From positions 1 through 64,000 of the IMG/VR virus record IMGVR_UViG_3300030060_004838: 64,000 nt of DNA. One strand, written 5' to 3'. The stretch comes from a virus. The stretch's first letter is position 1; each line of letters opens with the position of its first letter. Position numbers and translations under genes: made by a program. Below, in pieces: positions 45,343-55,298 of the stretch. The notes under the pieces were generated by a model, which did no database searches, was not told the DNA's origin, and saw only the letters and a program-made list of their open reading frames with translations.

Positions 45343-45913
45343 TTTACCTGTTTGTTCAGTTTGTGGTTGTATTCAGGCATATAGAATATATGAGGTAAGT
45401 GATATACCTAAAAATGAAAAAACATTTAGCACAGACTTAATGATGCTTATGAATGAGTTTGATATAGAAGATAAAGATGAAGTTATCAAAAATGATAAAT
45501 ATATTTCTTATACTAATATATATTATACTTATGATTTAGCGGAGAGGGCTTGTGCTATCTTATACTATACTATGAGGGATTTAAATAAACCTGCTATCAT
45601 GTTGGATTATTGTAAATTTTTGGGATGCAAAACAAGTAGAGTAAGTAGACTTGCAAAAAGAATAGCAAGACATTATTCAAATAGTGGAGTGTTTGGTATA
45701 AATGATATTGACGAGTTTTTGGATAATATGGAAATCAATAGTAAAGAAATTAGTGAAGCGTGTAAAGCGTGGAATGAGCAACAAACCTTGACAAGAGGAA
45801 TAATTGCGGCATATGTATATGAACACACAACATATACTCAAAAACAAGTGTGTGAAAAATTTGGAGTTAGTTTGCCAAGATTAAAAAGAAACTTAAGGAA
45901 AGTGAGAAAATGA
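45290..45913 (+). CDS. tfb: Transcription factor B (TFB/TFIIB)-like protein
   Basis: N-terminal CxxC..VCSVCG Zn ribbon, cyclin-like repeats, C-terminal HTH TQKQVCEKFGVS. Confidence 0.75.
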   Translation: MPCVNCQAKHLNLNKEINLPVCSVCGCIQAYRIYEVSDIPKNEKTFSTDLMMLMNEFDIEDKDEVIKNDKYISYTNIYYTYDLAERACAILYYTMRDLNKPAIMLDYCKFLGCKTSRVSRLAKRIARHYSNSGVFGINDIDEFLDNMEINSKEISEACKAWNEQQTLTRGIIAAYVYEHTTYTQKQVCEKFGVSLPRLKRNLRKVRK

Positions 45914-46464
45914 AAAAGAGAGATGTATTGATAATAGGCGCAGGTGGAATTGGAAGTTTTCTAATACCATTGTTGGATAAAGTAGGATTGTATGACATAA
46001 CAGTTTATGACCCTGATATTGTAGAGGAAAAGAATCTAACATATCAAAACTTTACCAAAGTAGACTTAGAAAAGAAAAAGGTAGATGCTATGAGTGAAAG
46101 ATATAATATTGATGCTCAACCATATCCTGTTCTAACAGCAGGACAATTAAAGGGATATGATTTGGTAGTATGTTGTGCTGATAATTTAGATATTAGAAGA
46201 ACAATGTATAATTCAAATGTTAAATGGTTAGACTTAAGAGCACAAGCAAGAAACGCTGCTATGATTTCACATTTAGAAGACCCGAAATTATATACTGTTT
46301 TTACAAGTGGACCAGATGGTTCTTTTTCTTGTCAAGGAGAATGGGATGGAAAACCTGAAGGGATTAATTTTATGCAAGTTGTAATTGCAGGTTATGGCGC
46401 ACAATGGATTCAAAGATTCTTTACAGGCGACCATGTAGAAAAACACTTTAAAATTAATGGGTGA
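45910..46464 (+). CDS. ThiF/MoeB/E1-family adenylyltransferase
   Basis: IIGAGGIGS, YDPDIVEEKNL.YQ, KKVDA, VCCADN..R, putative catalytic SCQ. Confidence 0.88.
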   Translation: MKKRDVLIIGAGGIGSFLIPLLDKVGLYDITVYDPDIVEEKNLTYQNFTKVDLEKKKVDAMSERYNIDAQPYPVLTAGQLKGYDLVVCCADNLDIRRTMYNSNVKWLDLRAQARNAAMISHLEDPKLYTVFTSGPDGSFSCQGEWDGKPEGINFMQVVIAGYGAQWIQRFFTGDHVEKHFKING

Positions 46465-46776
46465 TATAATGTCTAAGATTGATTATAATAAACAATCTAA
46501 AAAATTACTAATAGCCATGTTAGAAGAACAAGATGATATTATTAATGCAGTATGTAACTTTATGGGAACATCTACTGTTATGGATTTATTTATGTCTTTT
46601 AAAGGAGAGGAAGAAGAATGAAAAACGAATGGATTTGGATGAGAGATATTATTAAAAAGATAGAAGATTTAGGATATGCAGTAGTTAATGACATAGGAGA
46701 TGAAGAAGATGAGTGAATTAATTATAGGAATTATAGGTATGGTATGTTTGTATGTTATAGGAAAATTTCTTTATAG

Positions 46777-47325
46777 ATGGGAGGAAGAATAATGAATTTC
46801 TTTTACATAGAAACTTGCCCTGTCGCTATTGCTAAAAGTCATAACAATGCACATTGTATTAAAATGATTTTAGAATATGCACAAATGCTATCTACGACTC
46901 ATAGAGTTGTAGACCAATATTATCATGAAGTAGATGGTAAATATGTATTTGTAGGATTACCCAAAGATATGCAAAAAGTGTACAAGATTGCTCATTTAAA
47001 TCACCCCACTACAATTTGGGTTAGAGAATCTGTACAACATTACAATTTTATGTTTGATGTATTTGAAGCATTATGTGATGAATATACTTATCGTTATGGT
47101 AAAGTGCATCAATCAGATAGATTATTAAGAGAGATGTTAAGAAAACCACCATCAAGATTAGAAGATAATGGATTTGAAGAACCGCCTCAATGTATGCCTG
47201 ATAAATATAAAGTAGAAGGAAATAGTCTACAAGCCTATCGTAATTTTTACATGGGTGATAAACAATGGAAAGGTTGGAGAAGTGAATATAAGAAAAGAGA
47301 TAAACCAAAATGGATGTGTGTATAA
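46777..47325 (+). CDS. Pyrimidine-dimer DNA glycosylase (DenV/Pyr_excise)-like protein
   Basis: MNFF..KMILEYAQMLST..HLNHP..WVRES..EYTYRYGKVH..PQCMPD..AYRNFY. Confidence 0.7.
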   Translation: MGGRIMNFFYIETCPVAIAKSHNNAHCIKMILEYAQMLSTTHRVVDQYYHEVDGKYVFVGLPKDMQKVYKIAHLNHPTTIWVRESVQHYNFMFDVFEALCDEYTYRYGKVHQSDRLLREMLRKPPSRLEDNGFEEPPQCMPDKYKVEGNSLQAYRNFYMGDKQWKGWRSEYKKRDKPKWMCV

Positions 47326-47519
47326 TGACAGAATGGAAATTAGGAATAGGAACAGGAAATGCAAAATGTAGAGTATGTGGTAAGCCAATTAAAGAAGGCC
47401 AACCAATGATTAAAATAATTAATTCAAGGATTAGTGGACAGGTTCATTCTAATCCCTTTGAATGTGGAAAAGAAAGACAAGAACAATTAGGATTTGAATA
47501 TGTAGGAGAGGAAGTATAA
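47310..47519 (+). CDS. Small zinc-finger protein
   Basis: AKCRVCGKPIKEG..H...C. Confidence 0.55.
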   Translation: MDVCIMTEWKLGIGTGNAKCRVCGKPIKEGQPMIKIINSRISGQVHSNPFECGKERQEQLGFEYVGEEV

Positions 47520-47962
47520 TGATAGAAAGAATGAATGATAATGAACTGTGGGATATGTGTAAAGATTTGATAAATGCCGCTTATGTAAATAATTATGATG
47601 ATGAAGATTTTCATGCATCTATTTGGCAGGTATCAGTAGATTTACTTGAAGGAAAAGAAGTTTCTGTAATTGTAGATAAAGATAATAAATTATTTATTAG
47701 TAGAGGAACTGCAAGTTTCGTAGACTACAAAAATGAAAATGTAGCAGGTATGAAAATCCCTCTTAAATGCTGGATTCATACTCACCCTTTTGGAACTGCT
47801 TATTTTAGTAGCACAGATTGGGGAACAATTAATGCCCAAGCACCTATATTAAATTCAGCAATTGTTCTTGGAAATAAGGAGAGAATGAAATGGTGGAAGA
47901 ACGATGGAAAAGAATTTCTGAGCAAGACTCATCTAATGGATTTAGACGAGTGCGAAGAATAA
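47519..47962 (+). CDS. JAB/JAMM (MPN+) metallopeptidase
   Basis: Catalytic E (KEVSV) and HTHPFGTAYFSSTD = HxHx7Sx2D. Confidence 0.88.
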   Translation: MIERMNDNELWDMCKDLINAAYVNNYDDEDFHASIWQVSVDLLEGKEVSVIVDKDNKLFISRGTASFVDYKNENVAGMKIPLKCWIHTHPFGTAYFSSTDWGTINAQAPILNSAIVLGNKERMKWWKNDGKEFLSKTHLMDLDECEE

Positions 47963-48312
47963 GATTCCCTGTATTATCAAACTTAATTATAGAATGCCCT
48001 ATTTGTAATGGGGCTAAATGTAATGTTTGTAATCAAACAGGTGAATATGAATTATCTTCAGAACCGTATGTAGAAATCCAACAACCTTTGATAATAAAAT
48101 ATATTGTTGATAATTTACCAATTATTGCAAGTGAAATTCAAAGACTATATGGAAAAACACCAACGGTAGAAACTTATTTTGTTTCTGAAGAATATGAAAT
48201 AATTAGAGTCGATTCTCTAAGTGGTTCGGTTTGGATTGCCTTAAACCTTAAAAAATTAGAAAATCCAAAATATTTTTACAACAAGGAGAGTGTAGATAAA
48301 TGGTTAGCGTAA
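47890..48312 (+). CDS. DnaJ-type zinc-finger protein
   Basis: CPICNG..CNVCNQTG; true start probably later. Confidence 0.55.
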   Translation: MVEERWKRISEQDSSNGFRRVRRIRFPVLSNLIIECPICNGAKCNVCNQTGEYELSSEPYVEIQQPLIIKYIVDNLPIIASEIQRLYGKTPTVETYFVSEEYEIIRVDSLSGSVWIALNLKKLENPKYFYNKESVDKWLA

Positions 48313-48587
48313 GAGAAATAAAAAGAATATTTGAGAAAATAGCACCCGATAGACAATTGCCTTTACCTGCAATTATAGAATATCAAACAAGAGCCGAAAA
48401 GATTTTGGAACAGTTTGCTGAATTATGTAATTTAGAAGCAGGTGGAGATATGACAAAAACAAGATTGACAGTAAATCATGTGAAGTTAGCATCAGTTAAT
48501 TTTAACGATAGAGTTGTTGAAAGAAAAGAAGAAGAATTGGAATTTGGTGAATGGAATACAGATGAAGGAGATGAAGAAGATGAGTGA
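48300..48587 (+). CDS. Histone-fold protein with an acidic C-terminal tail
   Basis: EIKRIFEK..RQL...A..(long helix)..EA....TRLTVNHVKLA histone-fold pattern; tail EEELEF..DEGDEEDE. Confidence 0.6.
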   Translation: MVSVREIKRIFEKIAPDRQLPLPAIIEYQTRAEKILEQFAELCNLEAGGDMTKTRLTVNHVKLASVNFNDRVVERKEEELEFGEWNTDEGDEEDE

Positions 48588-48740
48588 ATGGTATGAAGAT
48601 TGGAGTAATATAAGAGCATTAATTAGATTTTTACACGATGTAAAAGGTGTAGATTTTGATAATCTAATGTATGCTATGGAAAAACCGTGGAAATATAATG
48701 ATGAATATAAAGAAATGAGAGAATTGGAGAGTGAAGAAGA

Positions 48741-50228
48741 ATGATGTGGAATGAATTTGCAAGAGTTAATGAAGAATTTATAGATATGACACCTACACAA
48801 ATGGTAAAGTATTTTGATGAAAACCCGATGGATAATACTGAAGAAATATTAAACCTATGGGCAAGAAATTATCCTAATAATGGTGCAGGTGAATCAGGTC
48901 TTATATCAAGAGTAGCAAAAAGATATGGAGTAGATGTTGATACAATTGAAACTTTAGTAGAAATACATGGTGGAGTAGGTGAAGCAATTGAAACTTTATT
49001 TGATGAGGCTGATGGAAATAGAGATATTACAGTATCAGATGTTTATAGTGCTTTACATGGACAAGATATGGAAACTGTATTTACTGAAATAATGGATTGC
49101 TTTGACAATGTAAATGCTATGGGTAAGAAATGGCTTGCTGCTTTTCTTCTAAATCAAACAAGAAATAAATGTGGTAATAATGTTGTTAAAAAGATTTTAC
49201 AAAAGACATACGGTATTCCTGCTGATGATATTAAGAAAGCAGTAAGTTTCCTACCTATCGAAGATGTAATTTACCAAGCAGTTAATAATGGTGCTTTAGT
49301 ATATGTTCCCGAAGCAGGTAATTATATGAAACCAATGTTAGCAAAAGGTGGAGATTTTACAGTAAGAAATCGTAGATTCTGTGATTATAAATATGATGGT
49401 ATTAGAGCACAAATTCATAATAGTGAAGAAGGTATTACAATCTTCAATAGAAAGGGTGATGATATTACATCTAAATTTGCTAATGATTTGGTCGAAGTAA
49501 TAAAGAAAAATTCTGACCCTGTTGATTGGATTGCTGATGGGGAAATATATCCTATTGATGCTGACGGTAATCCTGCTGAATTTAAAAATATCATGAGTCG
49601 TATTCATGGTAAAACAGATGATGTTATTTATCGTAATCCTGTAACTATTAAATTATTTGACTGTATGATGTATGGTGGACAACCCGTGTTTGAAGATGAT
49701 TTAGATACCCGTTGGGAAACTTTGAAAATGCATTTTGATAATAGTTTAGTTGCTAAAATGATAGAAATTAACTCTCATGAAGAAATGTTAGAAGTTTATA
49801 ATGATGCTATTGAAGCAGGGTTTGAAGGAGTAATTGTAAAAGACCCTGAAATGATTTATGAATTTGGTGCAAGAAGTAAAGGTTGGTTAAAGTATAAACC
49901 ACCTATGGTTGAAGTAGATGCTATTATTACAGGTGCTACAATGGGAACAGGAAAAAGAGCAGGTGTTTATGGTGCTTATGATATTTCTATTAAAGATGGA
50001 GATAATTTAATTTCTGTTGGAAAAGTAGGAAGTGGATTTACAGATTCTGACCTAACATTTTTAACCCAAGAGTATAACCGATTAGGCGCAGGGAATTTAA
50101 TTATTGAGGTAAAAGGTGACATGCTTACTAAAAATGAATCAGGAGATTATGGATTAAGATTTCCAAGATATGTTAAATACCGAGATGATAAAGAAGAACC
50201 TACACAATTAAAAGAAATATTGGAGTGA
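48741..50228 (+). CDS. lig: ATP-dependent DNA ligase
   Basis: KYDGIR, DGEI, FDC, EGVIVKD, WLKYK, LRFPR. Confidence 0.93.
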   Translation: MMWNEFARVNEEFIDMTPTQMVKYFDENPMDNTEEILNLWARNYPNNGAGESGLISRVAKRYGVDVDTIETLVEIHGGVGEAIETLFDEADGNRDITVSDVYSALHGQDMETVFTEIMDCFDNVNAMGKKWLAAFLLNQTRNKCGNNVVKKILQKTYGIPADDIKKAVSFLPIEDVIYQAVNNGALVYVPEAGNYMKPMLAKGGDFTVRNRRFCDYKYDGIRAQIHNSEEGITIFNRKGDDITSKFANDLVEVIKKNSDPVDWIADGEIYPIDADGNPAEFKNIMSRIHGKTDDVIYRNPVTIKLFDCMMYGGQPVFEDDLDTRWETLKMHFDNSLVAKMIEINSHEEMLEVYNDAIEAGFEGVIVKDPEMIYEFGARSKGWLKYKPPMVEVDAIITGATMGTGKRAGVYGAYDISIKDGDNLISVGKVGSGFTDSDLTFLTQEYNRLGAGNLIIEVKGDMLTKNESGDYGLRFPRYVKYRDDKEEPTQLKEILE

Positions 50229-50234
50229 ATATAA

Positions 50235-50507
50235 ATGGATGTAAGAAAAATAGAAGAAGGAAAAGTTTGTCATTATTGTCATCAGCCTTTCAATGGAATA
50301 GAAGAAGGATTGGTACAAACACTACCTAATGGTGAGGAATCATATTATCATCTTAGATGTGTCGGTAAATTAATGGTTTATAGAATTGAAGGTGTATTAC
50401 CTCAACATTTATTTGAGGCATGTATTGATAAATTAAATCAACCTTTACCACAGAAATTAAAAGATGAACAACAAATGTCTTTAGATGATTTTAGTGAGCA
50501 AGAATAA
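50235..50507 (+). CDS. Zinc-finger protein with a C-terminal PIP box
   Basis: CHYC..H..C; QMSLDDF. Confidence 0.6.
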   Translation: MDVRKIEEGKVCHYCHQPFNGIEEGLVQTLPNGEESYYHLRCVGKLMVYRIEGVLPQHLFEACIDKLNQPLPQKLKDEQQMSLDDFSEQE

Positions 50508-50570
50508 TATTATATAAATATAAAAATATAGATATTATTATAAGGTATTAGTAAAAAAGGTGATATAATT

Positions 50571-50984
50571 ATGTTTAATAATGAACAATTACAAGGTATA
50601 TTACTTACAATAGCAAGACCTGAAACGACAGTATATCGTTCACAAAGTAAAACAGGGTGGACAATAAGAACAAGAATTATGTTTAGAGCAAAAAGAACAT
50701 TCTTAATTGCTTTACAAAGAAAGTTTGAACAGTTAGAAATAAGTTCAATATTAAGAGATAAAGAAGGAGTGAATAGAAAAGCACCTGTATTAATTATAGG
50801 TAAGCAAGATTCTATTACTAAACTTAGAAGTCTTATGCCTAAACATATACCTTGTTCACATGCTAATTGGGAATTGTTTGATACAGTAATTACTAAGATA
50901 AAAGATAAAGAACATTTAGAAATAGAAGGAATGAAAAGATTGAGAGAGTTGTTAGAAAATGAAAACAAAAGCGAAGAAGTTTAA
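50571..50984 (+). CDS. Degenerate LAGLIDADG-fold protein
   Basis: Helix-strand topology like single-motif LAGLIDADG (..GW.IRTRI.F..FL..LQ..F..) but no acidic D/E-G at the motif end. Confidence 0.45.
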   Translation: MFNNEQLQGILLTIARPETTVYRSQSKTGWTIRTRIMFRAKRTFLIALQRKFEQLEISSILRDKEGVNRKAPVLIIGKQDSITKLRSLMPKHIPCSHANWELFDTVITKIKDKEHLEIEGMKRLRELLENENKSEEV

Positions 50985-51789
50985 TTTGTATGTTGGTGGT
51001 CATGGTAGTGGTAAAACTAAGAAGGCTAAGTTAGAATTAGGTAGTAGACCTTACACTATAATGCAAGCGTGTGATATTACTATTGATGATATTTATTCTT
51101 ATCCTAAACATCACGGTGTATTGATTGAAGATGTACATTACAAACCTGAGAAGGATAAAATATTACAAATATTATATGTTCTTCCTTATGTAGCATTAAC
51201 ATCATTAAATGAAAGAGATGTGCCAAAAGCAATTATGAATCTATGCACAAGAAAAAGAATGGGTAGAATAGATAATAGACAAATAGATATTAAAAAGTTA
51301 GCCCCAAACTGTGAGGATATTAAAAATCTTGATAGAACAATATATGATTTGAATGTTGAATACTTAAAAAACAAAGATAGGAGAGAAGTGTTAGATTTAA
51401 TTAAACACAATAAGCCTGCTGATTTACAGTTAATTAGTTGGATTCAACCTAATATTGATTGTAGAAATATAGCATTTGCTGATAATATTATGAGGCGTTG
51501 GAGTATAGATTATTTCTATGAAATACTTACATACTCTTGGTCAGGTTATCATGGCGGAAGAATTGAATTTCCTAAAAGATATTCGTATTCACCTGTTCCA
51601 AAGATATGTAATAAGTTAGGTCTTAAAACAAAGGATGCTTATTTAGTTAAAACATTCTTAAAGAATGATAAATATAAAGAATGGGCTATTTCTAAATTAG
51701 ATAAAGACGAATGTAAAATATTGGGACTACAAAAACCAAGAAAGAAATCTATTAGAGTAGTAAATACAAAATTGGGTGATTGGATTTGA
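50959..51789 (+). CDS. Clamp-loader (RFC) large-subunit-like protein
   Basis: Walker A GGHGSGKT, LIEDVH, C-terminal PIP-like NTKLGDW. Confidence 0.6.
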   Translation: MKTKAKKFNLYVGGHGSGKTKKAKLELGSRPYTIMQACDITIDDIYSYPKHHGVLIEDVHYKPEKDKILQILYVLPYVALTSLNERDVPKAIMNLCTRKRMGRIDNRQIDIKKLAPNCEDIKNLDRTIYDLNVEYLKNKDRREVLDLIKHNKPADLQLISWIQPNIDCRNIAFADNIMRRWSIDYFYEILTYSWSGYHGGRIEFPKRYSYSPVPKICNKLGLKTKDAYLVKTFLKNDKYKEWAISKLDKDECKILGLQKPRKKSIRVVNTKLGDWI

Positions 51790-51933
51790 GATTGGCTAAA
51801 GGAACAGGAGTTTCATTTAATGTTTGGTTAGGTAAGTTAGATAAGTCAGTTACAGATAGAGTAAAATTCTTACAGTTAAGGGAATATTATGAAGATGACT
51901 TAACACCTGATGAAGTAAAAATAAAGGTGGATA

Positions 51934-52290
51934 TTGATGGTTAGACGAAATTGGATTAGGGGAGTTAGGCGTAAAAGAAATAAAACTTATGCTGAAAGGT
52001 TTATTGATAGAGCCATGAATGATGGTGAAGAAAGAACGGCAAGTCTAATATTAGACGCTATTCTTGATTATATTGATAAATCAAAAAGAAAAATTACTTA
52101 TACTTTTGTTCCAACAAAAGGTAAAATATCTTCTTATATTAGTAATAACCCTAATTATATTTTAGTCGAAAAAGCAAACAATAAACATAGTACGATTTAT
52201 CGTAAAAAAGAAATATGTGATACCTGTGATGGTTCAGGTTTTAAAAACCATAAGAATTGCGAAGAATGTAATAGTGAGGAAGAAGAATGA
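51934..52290 (+). CDS. wHTH-like protein with a C-terminal Zn finger
   Basis: CDTCDGSG..CEEC. Confidence 0.55.
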   Translation: MMVRRNWIRGVRRKRNKTYAERFIDRAMNDGEERTASLILDAILDYIDKSKRKITYTFVPTKGKISSYISNNPNYILVEKANNKHSTIYRKKEICDTCDGSGFKNHKNCEECNSEEEE

Positions 52291-52493
52291 AATGTGAAAT
52301 GTGCGGTAGAGAAAATGCAGAATCAGTAGGAATGCATTGTGGTAAATATAAAGTTTGTAACAATTGTGTGAGTAAATCTATTCATACAAGAATGTGGGTT
52401 TTAGGAAAACCAACAAAATATACTGATTATTTATACGGTGTTGAATATAAGGTGAGTAGCGATGATGGAGAAAACGAATCAGTTATTAAATAA
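52287..52493 (+). CDS. Zinc-finger protein
   Basis: CEMC..CNNC. Confidence 0.55.
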   Translation: MKCEMCGRENAESVGMHCGKYKVCNNCVSKSIHTRMWVLGKPTKYTDYLYGVEYKVSSDDGENESVIK

Positions 52494-52662
52494 ACTCAAT
52501 GATAATATTGAGAGAGGAAATAGAATATTAGTTATTGTCACGATTGTTAATATTCTAACTGTAATTATGATAGGATTAGTGCTATTATGATTTGTAAATA
52601 TTGTGACGGAAGTGGTGTGGCTATTGAAATGCCATGCCCTGAATGTAAAGGATTAGGAGAGA

Positions 52663-53583
52663 TTGAAAATGAATTGGACAGAAAAATACAGACCGAAAAG
52701 AGTAAGTGATATTAGAGGACAAAATAAATTTGTAAATGATGCTACATCATGGATAGAAAAAGGTAATATGCCTAATGTATTAATTTATGGAAATCCTGGA
52801 AATGGTAAAACAACAGCAGGACATTGTTTAGGTAATGAATTCTTAGGTGAATCAAAAGCCCTAAACTATTTAGAAATTAATGCAAGTCAAGATAGAAGAT
52901 TAGAAACTATTAGAACTACCATTACAAATTTTGCTAATACAAGAGGAACAGATGATGTACCATTTAAGATTTGTTTATTAGATGAAATTGATGGTATGAC
53001 AAGAGATTCTCAAAGAGCATTAAAAAGAACAATGGAAAGAGCAACCAATGTTAGATTTATTATTACTTGTAATAATGTTGCTGATGTTGATTATGCTATT
53101 CGTAGTAGATGTGCTAATTATTATTTTGAACCACTTAGTATAGATGGTATGGTAGAAATGCTTTGGCAGATTGCTGAAGAAGAAAATATTGTATTATTAA
53201 AAGATGAAGTTATTGATTTCTGTAAATCACTTAACGGTGATATGCGTAGAGGAATTAATGAATTACAAGCAACAGCATTTAGTGGTGCTGGATTAAAAGA
53301 AAAGACAAAAGAGTTTATGATAAATTATGATAAGATTTTGGATATGCTTGCGGCTGGACAGATATTTGAAGCAAATGAAATACTTACAAAAGAAATAGTA
53401 AGTGGTCGTTCTGTAAAAGAAATCTGTAATAATCTGCATCATTGTGTATTAGAAAAAGAAGAATATGATAGAGTCGCTATGTTTAAGTGCCTAAGTCATA
53501 TTGGAGAAATGGAATGGAGAAGTAAGTCAATGACTCCTAAAATTGTTGTGTCATGGTTTGTGGCGCAATTCATTGACAATTGA
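52663..53583 (+). CDS. rfcS: Replication factor C small subunit
   Basis: WTEKYRP, GNPGNGKT, NASQDR, LDEID, SRC, GDMR. Confidence 0.92.
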   Translation: MKMNWTEKYRPKRVSDIRGQNKFVNDATSWIEKGNMPNVLIYGNPGNGKTTAGHCLGNEFLGESKALNYLEINASQDRRLETIRTTITNFANTRGTDDVPFKICLLDEIDGMTRDSQRALKRTMERATNVRFIITCNNVADVDYAIRSRCANYYFEPLSIDGMVEMLWQIAEEENIVLLKDEVIDFCKSLNGDMRRGINELQATAFSGAGLKEKTKEFMINYDKILDMLAAGQIFEANEILTKEIVSGRSVKEICNNLHHCVLEKEEYDRVAMFKCLSHIGEMEWRSKSMTPKIVVSWFVAQFIDN

Positions 53584-53609
53584 AAAAAGAAAAACAGGAA
53601 GTGAAAAAA

Positions 53610-54848
53610 ATGAATGAAAGAATAGAAAATGAATTGAATGGTTTGGCTACCAAATTAGGTAAGTCCGAAGAAGAAATGTTAGCAAAGTTTAATGAAATTG
53701 CTGAGAGTAATAACCTTGATTTAGAAAATGAGCGACAGTCTATGGTTGCACTAACTCTAACAAGAAACTTTGTGCGAGGTTCTTTGAAAGGAAATACATC
53801 ATCAAGGAGAGGCGGATATGGTAATGATGCTTTTGGATTTGTTGTTGGTAGTGAACCTGCAAGAGATGTACAAGAATGGAGTAGAAAAAGATTGCTAAGT
53901 GATTATAATAGTAATTCTAATACTGTGTTTAATGAAGAAAGATGTGCTGAAGTTACACTAACAGATGCAGGATATGAAAAGAGTCAAGTTGTTAATGGTG
54001 ATGTTCAAACAAAGACAATTCCTCAATTACCAAATTCTGCTATTGAAGTAGATGAGAATAAGTGGATTGTACCTATTGATAATATTAAAGCATTTATGAG
54101 TGGAGATTCTAACCCTCGATATGGTAAGCCTCTACCTGCTGAAGAATTTAGAAGGAGAGTACATTTGATTGCTAAGAAAGATGGTGGCGATTTCCAATAT
54201 TGGACTTTTGGTTTGAAGAATATTGCCGCTAAAGAATGGGATGTAAAAAACTTTGAATGGCTACATCTTAATGCTATCTTTAATGATGATAGAAATGCTT
54301 GTTATGGTATTAAGGGAAGAACACTTTCTTCTCTACAATATAATGCTAACTTAGATGAAGATGATGATTTATATGTTGGTAATCTACCTTCTATGGAAGA
54401 TTTACTTGTAGAATGTATGGGTGATTATATTGCTGATTTGTTAGAAATTGAAGATTATCATTCAACAATTATGTCAAATCCAGGAATGAAACTATGTATT
54501 ACTGATGGAATTGTTAGCAGTATGAATTTGACTGTTAATGAAAAGACAGGAAATAGAGTATTGTGGATTGAACCTGCTGATGCAAGTTATGGTTTTGAAG
54601 AAGCAGATATTCCTGATTCAACCCCATGTTGGATTCCTTCTAATGTAGATATTGATTTTGGTGTAGGTAGTGATGTTATTATTATCGGAAGAACAAATCA
54701 AACACAAAAGAGAGATGAAGATGGTAATTATCTTGAAGATGAATATAATCCTGTTTCTTTGAACATTTATGGTATTCTACCGAGAGTTGCTCTTGGTGCG
54801 CCTAATGAAGTTGCAGAAGCAGTAGATGATGATTTAAATTATTGGTGA
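53610..54848 (+). CDS. RPA-like ssDNA-binding protein
   Basis: C-terminal OB-fold pattern (DFGVGSDVIIIGRT..LNIYG), acidic-aromatic tail DDDLNYW, replication context. Confidence 0.6.
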   Translation: MNERIENELNGLATKLGKSEEEMLAKFNEIAESNNLDLENERQSMVALTLTRNFVRGSLKGNTSSRRGGYGNDAFGFVVGSEPARDVQEWSRKRLLSDYNSNSNTVFNEERCAEVTLTDAGYEKSQVVNGDVQTKTIPQLPNSAIEVDENKWIVPIDNIKAFMSGDSNPRYGKPLPAEEFRRRVHLIAKKDGGDFQYWTFGLKNIAAKEWDVKNFEWLHLNAIFNDDRNACYGIKGRTLSSLQYNANLDEDDDLYVGNLPSMEDLLVECMGDYIADLLEIEDYHSTIMSNPGMKLCITDGIVSSMNLTVNEKTGNRVLWIEPADASYGFEEADIPDSTPCWIPSNVDIDFGVGSDVIIIGRTNQTQKRDEDGNYLEDEYNPVSLNIYGILPRVALGAPNEVAEAVDDDLNYW

Positions 54849-54853
54849 TTTGA

Positions 54854-55009
54854 ATGAATTGGAAAAAATTAGGACTTTATAGTAGTTTATTTTCTATTGT
54901 TAGTAGTATTGCTATTTATGCTTTACATGATGAAAACTTAGGTATCTTTGTTGGATTGTGGGCTTCAGCATTATTGCTTCTAACAGATAGAGTAGACGAA
55001 GTAGTTTGA
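54854..55009 (+). CDS. 51-aa two-TM membrane peptide
   Basis: Not in the ORF track; GGTGA RBS; ..LGIFVGLWA.. motif. Confidence 0.6.
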   Translation: MNWKKLGLYSSLFSIVSSIAIYALHDENLGIFVGLWASALLLLTDRVDEVV

Positions 55010-55052
55010 TTAGTTATTTGTGTAATCGTAGGCGTTAATGACGGTCAAATAG

Positions 55053-55298
55053 GTGCGAAGCCTATCCTCTAAAGGAGAAATTAAAATGAAAAGATATGTA
55101 AGAATGAATCAGTTAAGTATGGATTTAGCGGAAGTTGAATCTATTGAATGGAAGAAAATTGATGACGATGAAGTAATTGCTGACCAAGATTTGTATTCAG
55201 TTAGAATACATATGAAAAGTGGTAAGATGTACACACGACAGATATTTGAAACACAGTTTGAAGAATTGAAAGAACAATTCAAAGAATTAATAGTATAA
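55053..55298 (+). CDS. Hypothetical protein
   Basis: Likely start MKRYVRM after GGAG. Confidence 0.55.
   Translation: MRSLSSKGEIKMKRYVRMNQLSMDLAEVESIEWKKIDDDEVIADQDLYSVRIHMKSGKMYTRQIFETQFEELKEQFKELIV

Noticed and set aside
55020-55075. Twister ribozyme (GGT-GCG-AAGCC resembles the twister P4 loop)
   Set aside because: I could not find the matching P2 and T1 pseudoknot partners
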